25,761 bases of DNA. Origin: an uncultured virus (IMG/VR IMGVR_UViG_2687453430_000003). Taxonomy: Duplodnaviria > Heunggongvirae > Uroviricota > Caudoviricetes. The stretch lies in the IMG/VR virus record IMGVR_UViG_2687453430_000003; one strand, 5' to 3'. The notes beneath the pieces are model-generated. The model searched no databases and was not told the origin of the DNA. It saw nothing but the letters and a program-made list of their open reading frames with translations. The number at the start of each line of letters is the position of its first letter. Position 1 is the first letter of the stretch. A program made the translations under genes and the position numbers. Below are positions 8,240 through 16,755 of this stretch, piece after piece.

Positions 8240-8681
8240 GCTGCTCACCCCACTGTTTCGCCCATTCGATTTCGAGGCGGGATTTCTCGCTGAACTTCAC
8301 ACCCTGCTGCGTGCCGAACCAGTAGATAGCCTCGATGACTTCAACCATCTGTTGAACGGTCATCTTGCTTGTACGCTGACCGAACATCACAACTCCGCCG
8401 TCCAGACCAGGCGCCATTCTCTGCTCTTGTTTTTTAGCCTTGGCGACCATCGCGGTGATCAGGTCTTTCCAGTCGTCAGAGTCGTACTTATTGCCGAACC
8501 AGGTTACCTGGTCAGAGAGGTCTTTCAGTAGCGGCCACATCTTGCGGTTCTGATCCAGAGTGCGCGTCATCTCCTTGATATCGAGAATCAGCGGACGTTT
8601 CTGGTCTACCGGTAATGAGCGGATGAAGTTGATAGCGTTCTGCTTAACGCTTTCGTTAACGAGGTGGAATTGCTGTTTCAT
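8232..8681 (-). CDS. ninB: NinB/Orf recombination protein
   Basis: [23 protein letters not shown]...[20 protein letters not shown] at 8681 after GGAGG. Confidence 0.92.
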   Translation of the reverse strand: MKQQFHLVNESVKQNAINFIRSLPVDQKRPLILDIKEMTRTLDQNRKMWPLLKDLSDQVTWFGNKYDSDDWKDLITAMVAKAKKQEQRMAPGLDGGVVMFGQRTSKMTVQQMVEVIEAIYWFGTQQGVKFSEKSRLEIEWAKQWGEQHG

Positions 8682-8776
8682 ACGCCACCTCCGAGAGGTA
8701 ACGCAGAATGCAAGAAATCGCAGGTGCATTTCTGCATCTGTGACTGGAGAAGTGACTTCAGATTTTGTGTGCGCAT
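8678..8776 (-). CDS. NinA-like small protein (32 aa)
   Basis: [43 protein letters not shown] recalled from NinA-type peptides. ATGA overlap with ninB. Confidence 0.55.
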   Translation of the reverse strand: MRTQNLKSLLQSQMQKCTCDFLHSALPLGGGV

Positions 8777-8831
8777 AAACGTCCCCGTTTAGCGCAACCC
8801 CATCGCCGGGTGTTCAGGCCGACGATGGTTA

Positions 8832-8840
8832 ATTATAACA
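8832..8840 (-). promoter_or_regulatory. Extended -10 promoter element upstream of the nin genes
   Basis: Perfect TGnTATAAT (TGTTATAAT) in an AT-rich intergenic gap. Confidence 0.55.
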
Positions 8841-8867
8841 TCACTTTTGAAAAATGATTATCAAGAA

Positions 8868-9611
8868 TCACTCTAACTTCGGCGCCGCTGCAATCATTGC
8901 CGCCCAGCACAACTTAGCCCGGTGCGCAGCTTGCTGGCATCCACTCATGTCGTCGTATACTTCCCACTCCTTCTCATCACTGAAACTCTCATCAGGCTCT
9001 GATTCAAAGCCATTAACGATCATGTCTTCAGTCGGCTCAATCGGCACCATCACCCAACCTTCCGGAATCACCGGAGAGTTGCCCTTTTCGTTGGCATCAC
9101 CAAGATGGTTAACCATACCGAGCTTATCCTCGGGATGGTTCTTACCCTCATGTGTGAGGGAGTCATTGGCACCCCGAAGCATGGCGGCGCGGCAGGCGTT
9201 CCAGGCTTCGAACTGACCATCAATCCCATCATCGCAATAGCCGTCAGTTGTTCGTAGCGAATCCCAACTATCAAAAGGCGATCCGTTCTGTGATTCCCAC
9301 CATGTTTCAAACATTGATCGGTCTGGCACTACCGGTGCTGGATGGGTAGCGTACAGCGGAATAACCGCATCACCCATTGGTTCTGATAAACAGGTCAGGT
9401 GAAGTTCACCATGCTTAGCGTAAGCAAGCGTTTCCTCTGCCGCGTAAAGAGCAGGCTCCGCTTCGAGCGATGCCAGCGCGATACGCGCCAGCTCCAAATC
9501 AATTTCAAATGTGTGGCGGGCGAGAGGGACCAAATCATTGGCGAGTGCCTCTTCCGCCATTTCAATTCGCCCAACAGCTGCGGCGATCAACTGCTCTTTG
9601 GTGAATGTCAT
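8868..9611 (-). CDS. Eaa-like mosaic accessory protein
   Basis: LELARIALASLEAEP, WNACRAAML, GNSPVIPEGWVMVPIEPTEDM and WAAMIAAAPK modules are typical of P22 Eaa-type proteins. Confidence 0.75.
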   Translation of the reverse strand: MTFTKEQLIAAAVGRIEMAEEALANDLVPLARHTFEIDLELARIALASLEAEPALYAAEETLAYAKHGELHLTCLSEPMGDAVIPLYATHPAPVVPDRSMFETWWESQNGSPFDSWDSLRTTDGYCDDGIDGQFEAWNACRAAMLRGANDSLTHEGKNHPEDKLGMVNHLGDANEKGNSPVIPEGWVMVPIEPTEDMIVNGFESEPDESFSDEKEWEVYDDMSGCQQAAHRAKLCWAAMIAAAPKLE

Positions 9612-10030
9612 GGGTTAGTCCTCCCCTCGTACTGTTCGAACCAGAACACCACTGGCTTTTCTACTGTCTCGATGAGGCCGAATCGCTCTGCCGTGCGGAA
9701 ATTGATGCTGCTTTTGCGCCCGCGATCCACCTGGAGAGACACCTGCTTTCTGAACATTTCCAGCGAATAGGACGTTTTCAGCAGGTTGCAGGGCGCACAT
9801 GCCGGGAATAGGTTGTCCAGTCTTTCAGCCTCTGGTCTGTAATATTCACCCGTCGCCTTTAGTTTGAAGATGCCTTTCGCAGCAGCCTTCATACACTGCT
9901 CTGATTTGCGCAGCACCGCTTCCACATGGTCCGCATGCCAGCCCTTTTCAGGGAGTACACAGCCACAATACGCACAGCGACCGCCGAATTTTTCTCGCAG
10001 TTCTGCGCGCTGCTTTTTGGTAAGAGCCAT
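9608..10030 (-). CDS. HNH endonuclease
   Basis: GRCAYCG...WHADHV...NLFPACAPCNLLK. ATG at 10030 after GGAGG. Confidence 0.88.
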   Translation of the reverse strand: MALTKKQRAELREKFGGRCAYCGCVLPEKGWHADHVEAVLRKSEQCMKAAAKGIFKLKATGEYYRPEAERLDNLFPACAPCNLLKTSYSLEMFRKQVSLQVDRGRKSSINFRTAERFGLIETVEKPVVFWFEQYEGRTNP

Positions 10031-10031
10031 A

Positions 10032-10565
10032 TCAGACCTCCCCGTTGAAGCCAGAAGCGGACAGCGCTGACTTAGAAGCATCGATATTCCACTGCGCATC
10101 GCCGCAACACAGAATCCCGTTTGATGCTTCATGACCGAATGCCTCTGTATGCTCGATAAATTCGTGCGCGTTTTGCAGGTGGTGTGATAGCTCAGCAATC
10201 CGTTTGCGTGCCGCTGTGAGTTCTGCCATGTGCTCACGGAGGCTGTCAGTTGCTGATTCCAGCTTGTCCCAATCAGGATTGAAGTTTGCCAGCTGCGCGA
10301 GTTGGTTTTTCAGGAAGCTGATGCTCTTGTCTTTGGCTTCCAGTTCATCCAGCAGCGCCAGCACGGTGGCGGGGTTGGCAGACTGCACAAATTTTCGATT
10401 GGCTGTAGCATTTTCACCCTGGAACTCTGCAATGATAAAACCGGCGTTTCCCTGGTCATCATCGCAACAAATTGCCTCCCAGCCTTCACCAGATTCTCTA
10501 ACCCAACTACCACCCGTTGCTTCCAGCGCATCAGCACGCAGCGCCTGTTTGTCGATGTTGCTCAT
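10032..10565 (-). CDS. Ead/Ea22-like protein
   Basis: MSNIDKQALR...ANPATVLALLDELEAKDK...AARKRIAEL. Confidence 0.8.
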   Translation of the reverse strand: MSNIDKQALRADALEATGGSWVRESGEGWEAICCDDDQGNAGFIIAEFQGENATANRKFVQSANPATVLALLDELEAKDKSISFLKNQLAQLANFNPDWDKLESATDSLREHMAELTAARKRIAELSHHLQNAHEFIEHTEAFGHEASNGILCCGDAQWNIDASKSALSASGFNGEV

Positions 10566-10807
10566 CGGGCGGCCTCCTGCGTTAAAGCATCCGTCAGATA
10601 ATCAACGCCTCTTTGGTATGCAGCGAGAAGTTGTAAATCAGCGTCTGTGTATTCGCTCCATGACTGCATTTCTGCCAGCCTTCCTTTCCAGCATGGGAGT
10701 AGGTAATTTTCTAAATAAACCCTGCGCTCAAATAACAATTCAGGAGACGCATCGTTGATGTAAAAGTTAATCTGCTGAACTGCCGGGTAGCTTGATATTT
10801 CGCTCAT
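10562..10807 (-). CDS. Hypothetical protein (81 aa)
   Basis: ATGA overlaps on both sides within the operon. Confidence 0.7.
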   Translation of the reverse strand: MSEISSYPAVQQINFYINDASPELLFERRVYLENYLLPCWKGRLAEMQSWSEYTDADLQLLAAYQRGVDYLTDALTQEAAR

Positions 10808-11295
10808 GACTGCACACCTTTGCGAAGCTGTGCGGCGAACTCATCGGCATTACTCGCTTCATGAAGTAGCGCGCGGACACGGATAGTGTCGCCATGACAT
10901 TCTCGAATCTTTGATGCCGAGTGTCGGAAACTATCAGCGTATTCCTGCACGCCATCGGCTTTCGCCTGCACCCGCACTTCAGCAAGAAAAGTGTCCGTCG
11001 CTGGGGTTTTGATAGCGTCAAATTCTTCCATTGCCGCTTCAAGAGCTGCCTGCTGGCACGCCACCTCAGCACGTCCCTGAATACCTGTTCCTTCACCGTT
11101 TAAGTCGTTATGCATCTCATCAAGCTTGTCGCCAAACGACTTCAGCCCCGCATTCTCCGCAGCCAGCGCAGCGCATCTGGCTTCAAGTGCGGCGTAGTCG
11201 TCGTAATCGACCATATCGCCTTCAGCGCTCTCTACCACATCGCAATGACACGCATGTTCATCACAGGCCACCCATTCATAACGTTTCACGCTCAT
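10804..11295 (-). CDS. Hypothetical accessory protein (AALAAENAGLK / TPATDTFLAEVR modules)
   Basis: Start MSVKRYE at 11295 by ATGA overlap with ren. Modules common in lambdoid Ea-type genes. Confidence 0.75.
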   Translation of the reverse strand: MSVKRYEWVACDEHACHCDVVESAEGDMVDYDDYAALEARCAALAAENAGLKSFGDKLDEMHNDLNGEGTGIQGRAEVACQQAALEAAMEEFDAIKTPATDTFLAEVRVQAKADGVQEYADSFRHSASKIRECHGDTIRVRALLHEASNADEFAAQLRKGVQS

Positions 11296-11591
11296 ACCCC
11301 TACCCTCCCCCAAACCATCAATACCCTTCTCATCGCCGGACTGTTGCGGCACTCCTGAAATATTCCGTTGGTGCAGCTGCGCGCGGTTCCGTCCTGCTCT
11401 TCCGACGTCGCCAGGCGATAAGTCACCGTTCGCCAGACCTTGCTCACCCGGATAATTTTTCGAGACTTTTCCAGATCGATAGCGTTCTTCGTGATGCAGT
11501 TGATGGTCATGCCGCACTCTGTGGCCACATCCTTCGCGGTGAAGGTCCGGTGCGTTTCGAGATAACGCAGAATTGCCTGTTTGCCTTTCAT
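11292..11591 (-). CDS. ren: Ren-like protein
   Basis: MKGKQAILRYLETH.TF.A.DVA...KVWRTVTYRLAT...IFQECRNSPAMRRVL resembles lambda Ren. Same position after the replication genes. Confidence 0.82.
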   Translation of the reverse strand: MKGKQAILRYLETHRTFTAKDVATECGMTINCITKNAIDLEKSRKIIRVSKVWRTVTYRLATSEEQDGTARSCTNGIFQECRNSPAMRRVLMVWGRVGV

Positions 11592-13024
11592 CAGAATCCC
11601 CCTTTCTTTTTCGGCTGCTGCTCACGCCCGCGGCGTTCTGCGGCGGCGGCCTGCTGGTCCGTGTCGTAAATTGCCCCGTTAATCTGATTGCAATAAACCG
11701 TTCCGGTACTGCCGTGGCGGTTGAGTCGCAGGATTAACTCGGTTTCTCCCGGCGGCACGCTGTCATCGAAAGCACCTTCCCGGTGGATGCCAACCCAGTA
11801 GTCGCAGTCCTGCTCAATCTGTCCTGTGTCGCGGGAATCACTCGGCAACGGGCGTTTATTCACTCGCTTCTCCAGTTCACGGTTGAGCTGGGTCAGCAGC
11901 ACGACGACGCAGCCAAGCTCTTTGGCGAGGTTCTTCAGACCTTTGGTGATCATCCCGTAGGCCAGGTCATTACGGTCGGCCTTTTCGGCGGTCATCAGCG
12001 TCAGGTAGTCAACAAGAATCATGCCTACGCAGCCCTTCTCGCGTTTGATTCGGCGGCTTTCGGTAACGATATGCGCCAGTGACAAGCCAGGAGTGTCGTC
12101 GATGTACAGCATGTCGATTTCACTCAGTCTCCCGGCTGTGGCGATCGCCTTCTTAAAGTCGCCGTCGTAGTCGCCCTGGTACTGGTCATCGGCGTCATCC
12201 GTGGCGGGCATGTAAAAAATACTCGGGTTAATGCCGGACTTCTGACCAACAAGCTTTTCGAGGATCTGGTCGCTGGGCATTTCCAGGCTAAACATCAGCG
12301 CTGGCTTTTTCTCGCGAACCGCGCAGTTGATCGCCATCTGCCCGTACAGGGTTGTCTTGCCCATCTTTGGCCTTGCGCCAATCACGAACAGTGAGCCTTT
12401 AACCAGACCTTTCGGCGCCAGCAGTCGGTCGAGTGACGGGATGCCGGTACTCATGCCGCGCTGTTCGCCTGAAGGGTCAAAGCGTTTCTCCAGATCTGCT
12501 ACCCAGTCATCCATAACCTCGCCGAACGACCGCAACCCACGGCGACTACCGGTTTTTGAATGGTCTGCGAGCTGGGTGAAAATACCCTGAATGGCCTCGT
12601 ACTTCTGCGTGGCGCTCATGCCATTGCGGGAATACAGCAGCTCAGTAGCTTCGGTCAGGCGGCTGATACCGTAGCGCTCCATTGCGGCTTCCCGGACTGA
12701 CGCAGCGTATGCCACGATGTTTGCAGCGCTGGGAGTGTTCTTGGCGATCTCCGCCAGGTAAGCAAAGCCACCTACCTGCTCCGCGAGCCCTTTGCCTTCG
12801 AGCGCGTCGAACAATGTCAGACCATCGACTGGCTTGTTGTCGCGGAACATCTGGCGCATCTCGGCAAAGATCAGCTGGTGAGGTCGGCTGTAGAACGATT
12901 CAGGCTTGAGCATCGACAGAACCTTCTGGACTCGCTCGCTGTTGTCATCATCCAGCAGCAGGCCACCGATAACGCTCTGCTCTGCTTCGAGGTTTTGTGG
13001 TACAGCCATGAAATCAGCGGTCAT
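11591..13024 (-). CDS. dnaB: Phage replicative DnaB-like helicase
   Basis: EAEQSVIGGLLL, GARPKMGKT (Walker A), FSLEM, ILVDYLTLM, LTQLNR, SDSRDTGQIEQDCD. Confidence 0.95.
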   Translation of the reverse strand: MTADFMAVPQNLEAEQSVIGGLLLDDDNSERVQKVLSMLKPESFYSRPHQLIFAEMRQMFRDNKPVDGLTLFDALEGKGLAEQVGGFAYLAEIAKNTPSAANIVAYAASVREAAMERYGISRLTEATELLYSRNGMSATQKYEAIQGIFTQLADHSKTGSRRGLRSFGEVMDDWVADLEKRFDPSGEQRGMSTGIPSLDRLLAPKGLVKGSLFVIGARPKMGKTTLYGQMAINCAVREKKPALMFSLEMPSDQILEKLVGQKSGINPSIFYMPATDDADDQYQGDYDGDFKKAIATAGRLSEIDMLYIDDTPGLSLAHIVTESRRIKREKGCVGMILVDYLTLMTAEKADRNDLAYGMITKGLKNLAKELGCVVVLLTQLNRELEKRVNKRPLPSDSRDTGQIEQDCDYWVGIHREGAFDDSVPPGETELILRLNRHGSTGTVYCNQINGAIYDTDQQAAAAERRGREQQPKKKGGF

Positions 13025-13913
13025 CACGATCCCCCTCGCGCACTTCGATGTAGAGCTTTTCGGTCAGGAACTTATCGAATTTCATGCGGCGCCAGGTCTT
13101 CCCGGATTTCTGGTCTGGTCTGTCTTCAAGCATCCAGCGGCAGTTCTGAGCGATGTAACGCAGATAACTTCTGAAACCGTCCATGTCCATAGGCTTGCCG
13201 TCCAGGTTGCGGGCAATTTTGTTAGCCTTACCCCAGAATGTGCGGATCAGATTGCGTCGCTCATCAGTGAGGCATCTCCATCCCCGTGCTTCAGGCAGTT
13301 CGTCTTTCAGGCATTGCCATACTTCATCGCATGACAAACGTGACTTTTTCTCTTCAGCGGGTTTCTGGTCATTTGCGACATACTTACTACCGTTAGGTAG
13401 TAAGTTATTTAATATATTGTTATCTGTGGACACTGGCTGGACATCGGCTGGACACTCCACCTCCGCAGGCATTGGTACGACTGCGTTTGGGATGGACACT
13501 GGCTGGACATCTGCTGGACAAAAATTTGACTGATATTCGTCATATTTGACCACTTTTAGAACAGTAAAACGGTTGTTTGATTTGGTGGTGATCATGCCCA
13601 GATTCTGGAATTTACGGAGCAGTGATTTAACGCGATCAGCGGTCAAACCCGTTTCCATTGCCAGCGTGTTTCGCCCGGTAATGAACTCTCCGCGTTCGCA
13701 GATCACATCGCCGACATCAGTCGATACCAGTGTCTGTTCGTGATTAGCGCGCAGGAGCAGGTGAACCCATAAATGAGCCGCCTCAGCGTCCTTGTAGAAC
13801 GGCACATCCATAATTTTACGGTGCAGCAAGGCAAACCCCTTACCGTCATTCGTGCGCGGTTTCTGGAGCCTTCTGGCCTCTCTGGCTTCGGCTAAATTAG
13901 ATACGTTACCCAC
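13014..13913 (-). CDS. O: Replication initiator (O-like)
   Basis: GFALLHRKI...HLWVHLLLRANH...RGEFITGRNTLA winged-helix N-terminus. Contains iterons. GTG at 13913 is 7 nt after AAGGAG. Confidence 0.88.
   Translation of the reverse strand: MGNVSNLAEAREARRLQKPRTNDGKGFALLHRKIMDVPFYKDAEAAHLWVHLLLRANHEQTLVSTDVGDVICERGEFITGRNTLAMETGLTADRVKSLLRKFQNLGMITTKSNNRFTVLKVVKYDEYQSNFCPADVQPVSIPNAVVPMPAEVECPADVQPVSTDNNILNNLLPNGSKYVANDQKPAEEKKSRLSCDEVWQCLKDELPEARGWRCLTDERRNLIRTFWGKANKIARNLDGKPMDMDGFRSYLRYIAQNCRWMLEDRPDQKSGKTWRRMKFDKFLTEKLYIEVREGDRDDR
13382..13521. repeat. Replication origin: six TGGACA iterons, AT-rich tract and palindrome
   Basis: TGGACA at 13427, 13438, 13449, 13493, 13504 and 13515. AT-rich stretch 13404-13423. 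Inverted repeat ACTTACTACC/GGTAGTAAGT at 13382-13405. Confidence 0.85.
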
Positions 13914-14052
13914 GGCCACTCTCCTTACGTTTCAGCTCTTCCAGGATGGCGCGCATCTTCTCTGCCACAATCGGATTAACCGAGCGGATGAAGCGGTCGC
14001 GGGTTATGTTTTTATGTACAGCGGTATGGTAATAGCGTGGATTTTTTGCCAT
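13906..14052 (-). CDS. Small protein between cII and O (P22 orf48 / DUF2740-like)
   Basis: 48 aa MAKNPRYYHTAVHKNITRDRF. GGAGGA RBS. HKNI.RDRF motif. Confidence 0.7.
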   Translation of the reverse strand: MAKNPRYYHTAVHKNITRDRFIRSVNPIVAEKMRAILEELKRKESGRG

Positions 14053-14141
14053 TATTCCTCCTGCAATGAGTGCACACGATTTGCATCTGAAGGCCAGTTC
14101 TGTTGACGCAGACTGGCTTTCGCCATTTTTGATACTTCCCA

Positions 14142-14708
14142 TCACATAACTCCCGGCGCCATAGCGGCCAGACTTGTCACCACCGCAGCGATTGATTCAG
14201 TTGGCAGGAAGCGCAGCAGTGCTTCAGCAGCTTCTCTCACCTCTTTCTCAAGGCGTTGTATCGGCTGACCAAGTAACTTCGCCTGATGCGCTTCAGTGCA
14301 CTCTTTCATGGCCTCGGCTATCAGTTCGGCCTCAGTCTTTGCGACAAGACCGAACTCTCTCGCCACTTTCTCGTTATCCCGCGCCATCACGTCGATAATG
14401 ACGGGGATCAGTAGCATCAACCCCTTGTCGTTCTTCGGGCCCGGATCGTTAATCATCCGGAAGAAGTTCTGCTTCGTGTTGTGTTCAGAACCTGCCAGTA
14501 ACAACCCCTTCCCGCCGCGCTCCAGCCACTCTTTCGCAACCAGCTGAGAAATGTGAACCTGAGACTGGCCCGGCGTAGCTTTTTGCCAGGCCTTAACTGC
14601 CTCCCGTATTCGAGTTAGCTTACGGTTATTACGCGGAACACTTTGATAAATCGAAATCAACGGACGTTGTTCAAGTCCGGTACTCTGTTGATACGCAAGT
14701 GAATGCAT
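14142..14708 (-). CDS. CII-position regulator, YdaT-like
   Basis: Directly after cro. IREAVKAW..., EAMKECTEAHQAKLLG.P...LEKEVREA motif resembles the YdaT family. Confidence 0.7.
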   Translation of the reverse strand: MHSLAYQQSTGLEQRPLISIYQSVPRNNRKLTRIREAVKAWQKATPGQSQVHISQLVAKEWLERGGKGLLLAGSEHNTKQNFFRMINDPGPKNDKGLMLLIPVIIDVMARDNEKVAREFGLVAKTEAELIAEAMKECTEAHQAKLLGQPIQRLEKEVREAAEALLRFLPTESIAAVVTSLAAMAPGVM

Positions 14709-14737
14709 TGCTTTCCCTTTCGTGGTTAGGGCCGCCG

Positions 14738-14989
14738 TTAAGCGGCATGGTTGTCAGGGTGTGGAAAGATGGACGGCAGGTCCGGGCGGAATTCATGAGC
14801 CTGGATTTCACCACCAACCGCTTTCACCAGTTCAGGAACGTGAACCGGGGAGATGCGTTTCTTTCCGTTAAGCCAGTCGCAGATAGTGGACTGGGCTTTA
14901 CCGCAACGTTTTGCCAGCTCTTTCTGGCTGCCAGCGATGGCGATCGCTTTCTCTACTGCGGAGTTCTTCTCTACTGTTGGGGTCTTCAT
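14738..14989 (-). CDS. cro: Cro-like repressor (YdaS family)
   Basis: AVEKAIAIAGSQKELAKRCGKAQSTICDWL HTH and the HEFRPDL C-terminal motif. Divergent from cI. Confidence 0.9.
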   Translation of the reverse strand: MKTPTVEKNSAVEKAIAIAGSQKELAKRCGKAQSTICDWLNGKKRISPVHVPELVKAVGGEIQAHEFRPDLPSIFPHPDNHAA

Positions 14990-15004
14990 AATCACCTCAG
15001 CTAT

Positions 15005-15090
15005 CAGTTTAAAGCGATTATGGTTATCACTTTAGCGAATGTCAATCGCATAGGCGATTTTTTGCTAAATAATCGCTTGAGCGATAGAGT
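15005..15090. promoter_or_regulatory. OR operators with pR and pRM
   Basis: 14-bp palindromes ATCGC-N4-GCGAT at 15045-15058 and 15072-15085, degenerate at 15026-15039 and 15005-15018. pR (-) TTGACA-17-CATAAT (15045-15017). pRM (+) TTGCTA-17-TAGAGT (15062-15090). Confidence 0.88.
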
Positions 15091-15116
15091 TAAAGGAGTC
15101 ATTAACAGAGGTGAAT

Positions 15117-15809
15117 ATGGGATTCTCGGAGCGCCTGGCGCAGGCAATGAAACATGCTGGATATACACAGGGCCGATTAGCCAAGGATGTCGGCATGGCT
15201 CAGTCCAGCGTCAATAAGCTACTCAAGGAAGCTAACGGCTCTCGTAAGACTGTTGAGATCGCCTCTGTTCTGGGTGTGCGGCCGGAGTGGCTGTCTACTG
15301 GTGAAGGGGAAATGGCTTCAAGTAGCGCAAGAGAACCGTCTGCGCTATACCAGGTTAAGCCGTCACTGAATGGGATTTACCGCGTGGATGTACTCGACGT
15401 TAAAGCCAGCGCTGGACCGGGCAGCATTGTCACCAGCGATTTCATTGAAACTATCCGGGCCATCGAATACACGAATGAGCAGGCGCGCGCTTTGTTCGGC
15501 AACCGGCCAGCTACGCACGTTAAGGTCATTACCGTAAATGGCGACAGTATGGATGGGACGATTTCACCCGGCGATCAGATCTTCGTTGATACCGGCGTTA
15601 CGCATTTTGATGGTGACGGGGTATATGTCTTCGTCTTCGGCAAAACACTGCATGTTAAGCGACTTCAGATGCAGCGAGACAGGCTGGCAGTAATATCCGA
15701 TAACCCGATTTACGAAAAATGGTACGTCGAACCTGAAGATGAGGACGCGTTCTACGTCATGGCTAAAGTACTGCTGAGACAGTCAGTCGATTATAAAAGA
15801 TTCGCATAA
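15117..15809 (+). CDS. cI: CI repressor (HTH + S24 autopeptidase)
   Basis: N-terminal HTH, cleavage site ASAGPG, catalytic NGDSM and VKRL motifs. Confidence 0.95.
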   Translation: MGFSERLAQAMKHAGYTQGRLAKDVGMAQSSVNKLLKEANGSRKTVEIASVLGVRPEWLSTGEGEMASSSAREPSALYQVKPSLNGIYRVDVLDVKASAGPGSIVTSDFIETIRAIEYTNEQARALFGNRPATHVKVITVNGDSMDGTISPGDQIFVDTGVTHFDGDGVYVFVFGKTLHVKRLQMQRDRLAVISDNPIYEKWYVEPEDEDAFYVMAKVLLRQSVDYKRFA

Positions 15810-15844
15810 CAAAATTTACACAGTAATTACTCTGGGATGGGAAG

Positions 15845-16321
15845 ATGAAAAAATTAGCAGCTGTAGTTATCGCCTCTGCATTGCTCAGTGCTTGTGCGCA
15901 ACCACCTTATGCCCGTATTGCTTCTGATTACGATCAGAAGATGGCTGAGGCTAAAAAACATGATGCCGAGTTTGCCGAGAAGGTGAGAAATATCAATCTT
16001 GAAACAGCCGATGTCGGTGAAAAGCCAAAGAACTATAAAGAGCTGGTTCAGGCAACAATCAAGGATGCCTTAAAGGATCCTGATTCCGCGAAATTCAGCG
16101 ACTTCTCTCCACTCCGCAAAGAGGTTATGGTTGAGAACAGGAACTTTGTTTACGGTTACTCGACGTGTGTTTTCGTGAACGCAAAAAATTCTTATGGCGG
16201 ATACACAGGTAAGCAACTCTACTGGGCCTTTATCCGCAACGGACAGGTTCTTAGGTTTAAGAATACCAATGACGAGTACGGAGACTTGATCTTCGTAGGC
16301 AGGAAAGTTAACTGCAACTGA
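15845..16321 (+). CDS. Lipoprotein of unknown function in the rex position
   Basis: MKK + hydrophobic stretch + lipobox LLSA-C. LKDPDSAKF...CVFVNAKNSYGGYTG motif. Cotranscribed with cI. Confidence 0.85.
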   Translation: MKKLAAVVIASALLSACAQPPYARIASDYDQKMAEAKKHDAEFAEKVRNINLETADVGEKPKNYKELVQATIKDALKDPDSAKFSDFSPLRKEVMVENRNFVYGYSTCVFVNAKNSYGGYTGKQLYWAFIRNGQVLRFKNTNDEYGDLIFVGRKVNCN

Positions 16322-16327
16322 TTAACC

Positions 16328-16350
16328 AACCGGCGAAAGCCGGTTTTTTT
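16328..16350 (+). terminator. Terminator of the cI operon
   Basis: AACCGGC-GAAA-GCCGGTT followed by a T tract. Confidence 0.9.
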
Positions 16351-16431
16351 ATACCTCCATCTTCTACCTTCAATTCTCTCCCATCAAACCGCCTTCAACA
16401 TCACTTTTTCCTACTTCGTTTAAAAAAAAAT

Positions 16432-16517
16432 ATCGCTTTAACATTCAATGCATTATCGCTTTATCGATGATAAATATCGTTTTGGCGATTGACTGAAATA
16501 ATCGCTTTAGCTATTGT
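16432..16517 (+). promoter_or_regulatory. OL operators and pL
   Basis: ATCGC-N4-GCGAT-like sites at 16432, 16455, 16476 and 16501. pL TTGACT-17-TATTGT (16489-16517). Confidence 0.88.
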
Positions 16518-16581
16518 TAGCCCATCGAAACGAAACATCGACAGCTGAGCGAAGTTAGCCAGCGGCGGACAGCAAGTCGCC

Positions 16582-16594
16582 TGCTTTTTAACAA
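16582..16594 (+). promoter_or_regulatory. boxA-like antitermination element
   Basis: TGCTTTTTAACAA, one mismatch to TGCTCTTTAACAA, about 60 nt after the pL start. Confidence 0.7.
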
Positions 16595-16755
16595 CATGCA
16601 GATTTACAGCGTCAATGACCTGTTTAGACCCCTACACGTAAACGTGCTGTATCACCGAGTGCGATCCGGTCGGTGAGAGAGTATCCCCGCGCGAGAGCGA
16701 GAACGGCGTGAGAACGGGCAGCACTGGCAGGGAGTTGGCGCTGACCAATACAGGG

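Noticed and set aside
11296..11625. N-terminal extension of ORF 10804..11625
   Set aside because: It overlaps ren entirely. The coupled ATG at 11295 is the plausible start.
13427..13521. CRISPR-like array
   Set aside because: Short in-gene repeats with no spacers or cas genes. Explained as origin iterons.
16596..16676. 26-aa ORF MQIYSVNDLFRPLHVNVLYHRVRSGR as N
   Set aside because: No RBS, too short, no Arg-rich motif. The region is better explained by RNA structure.
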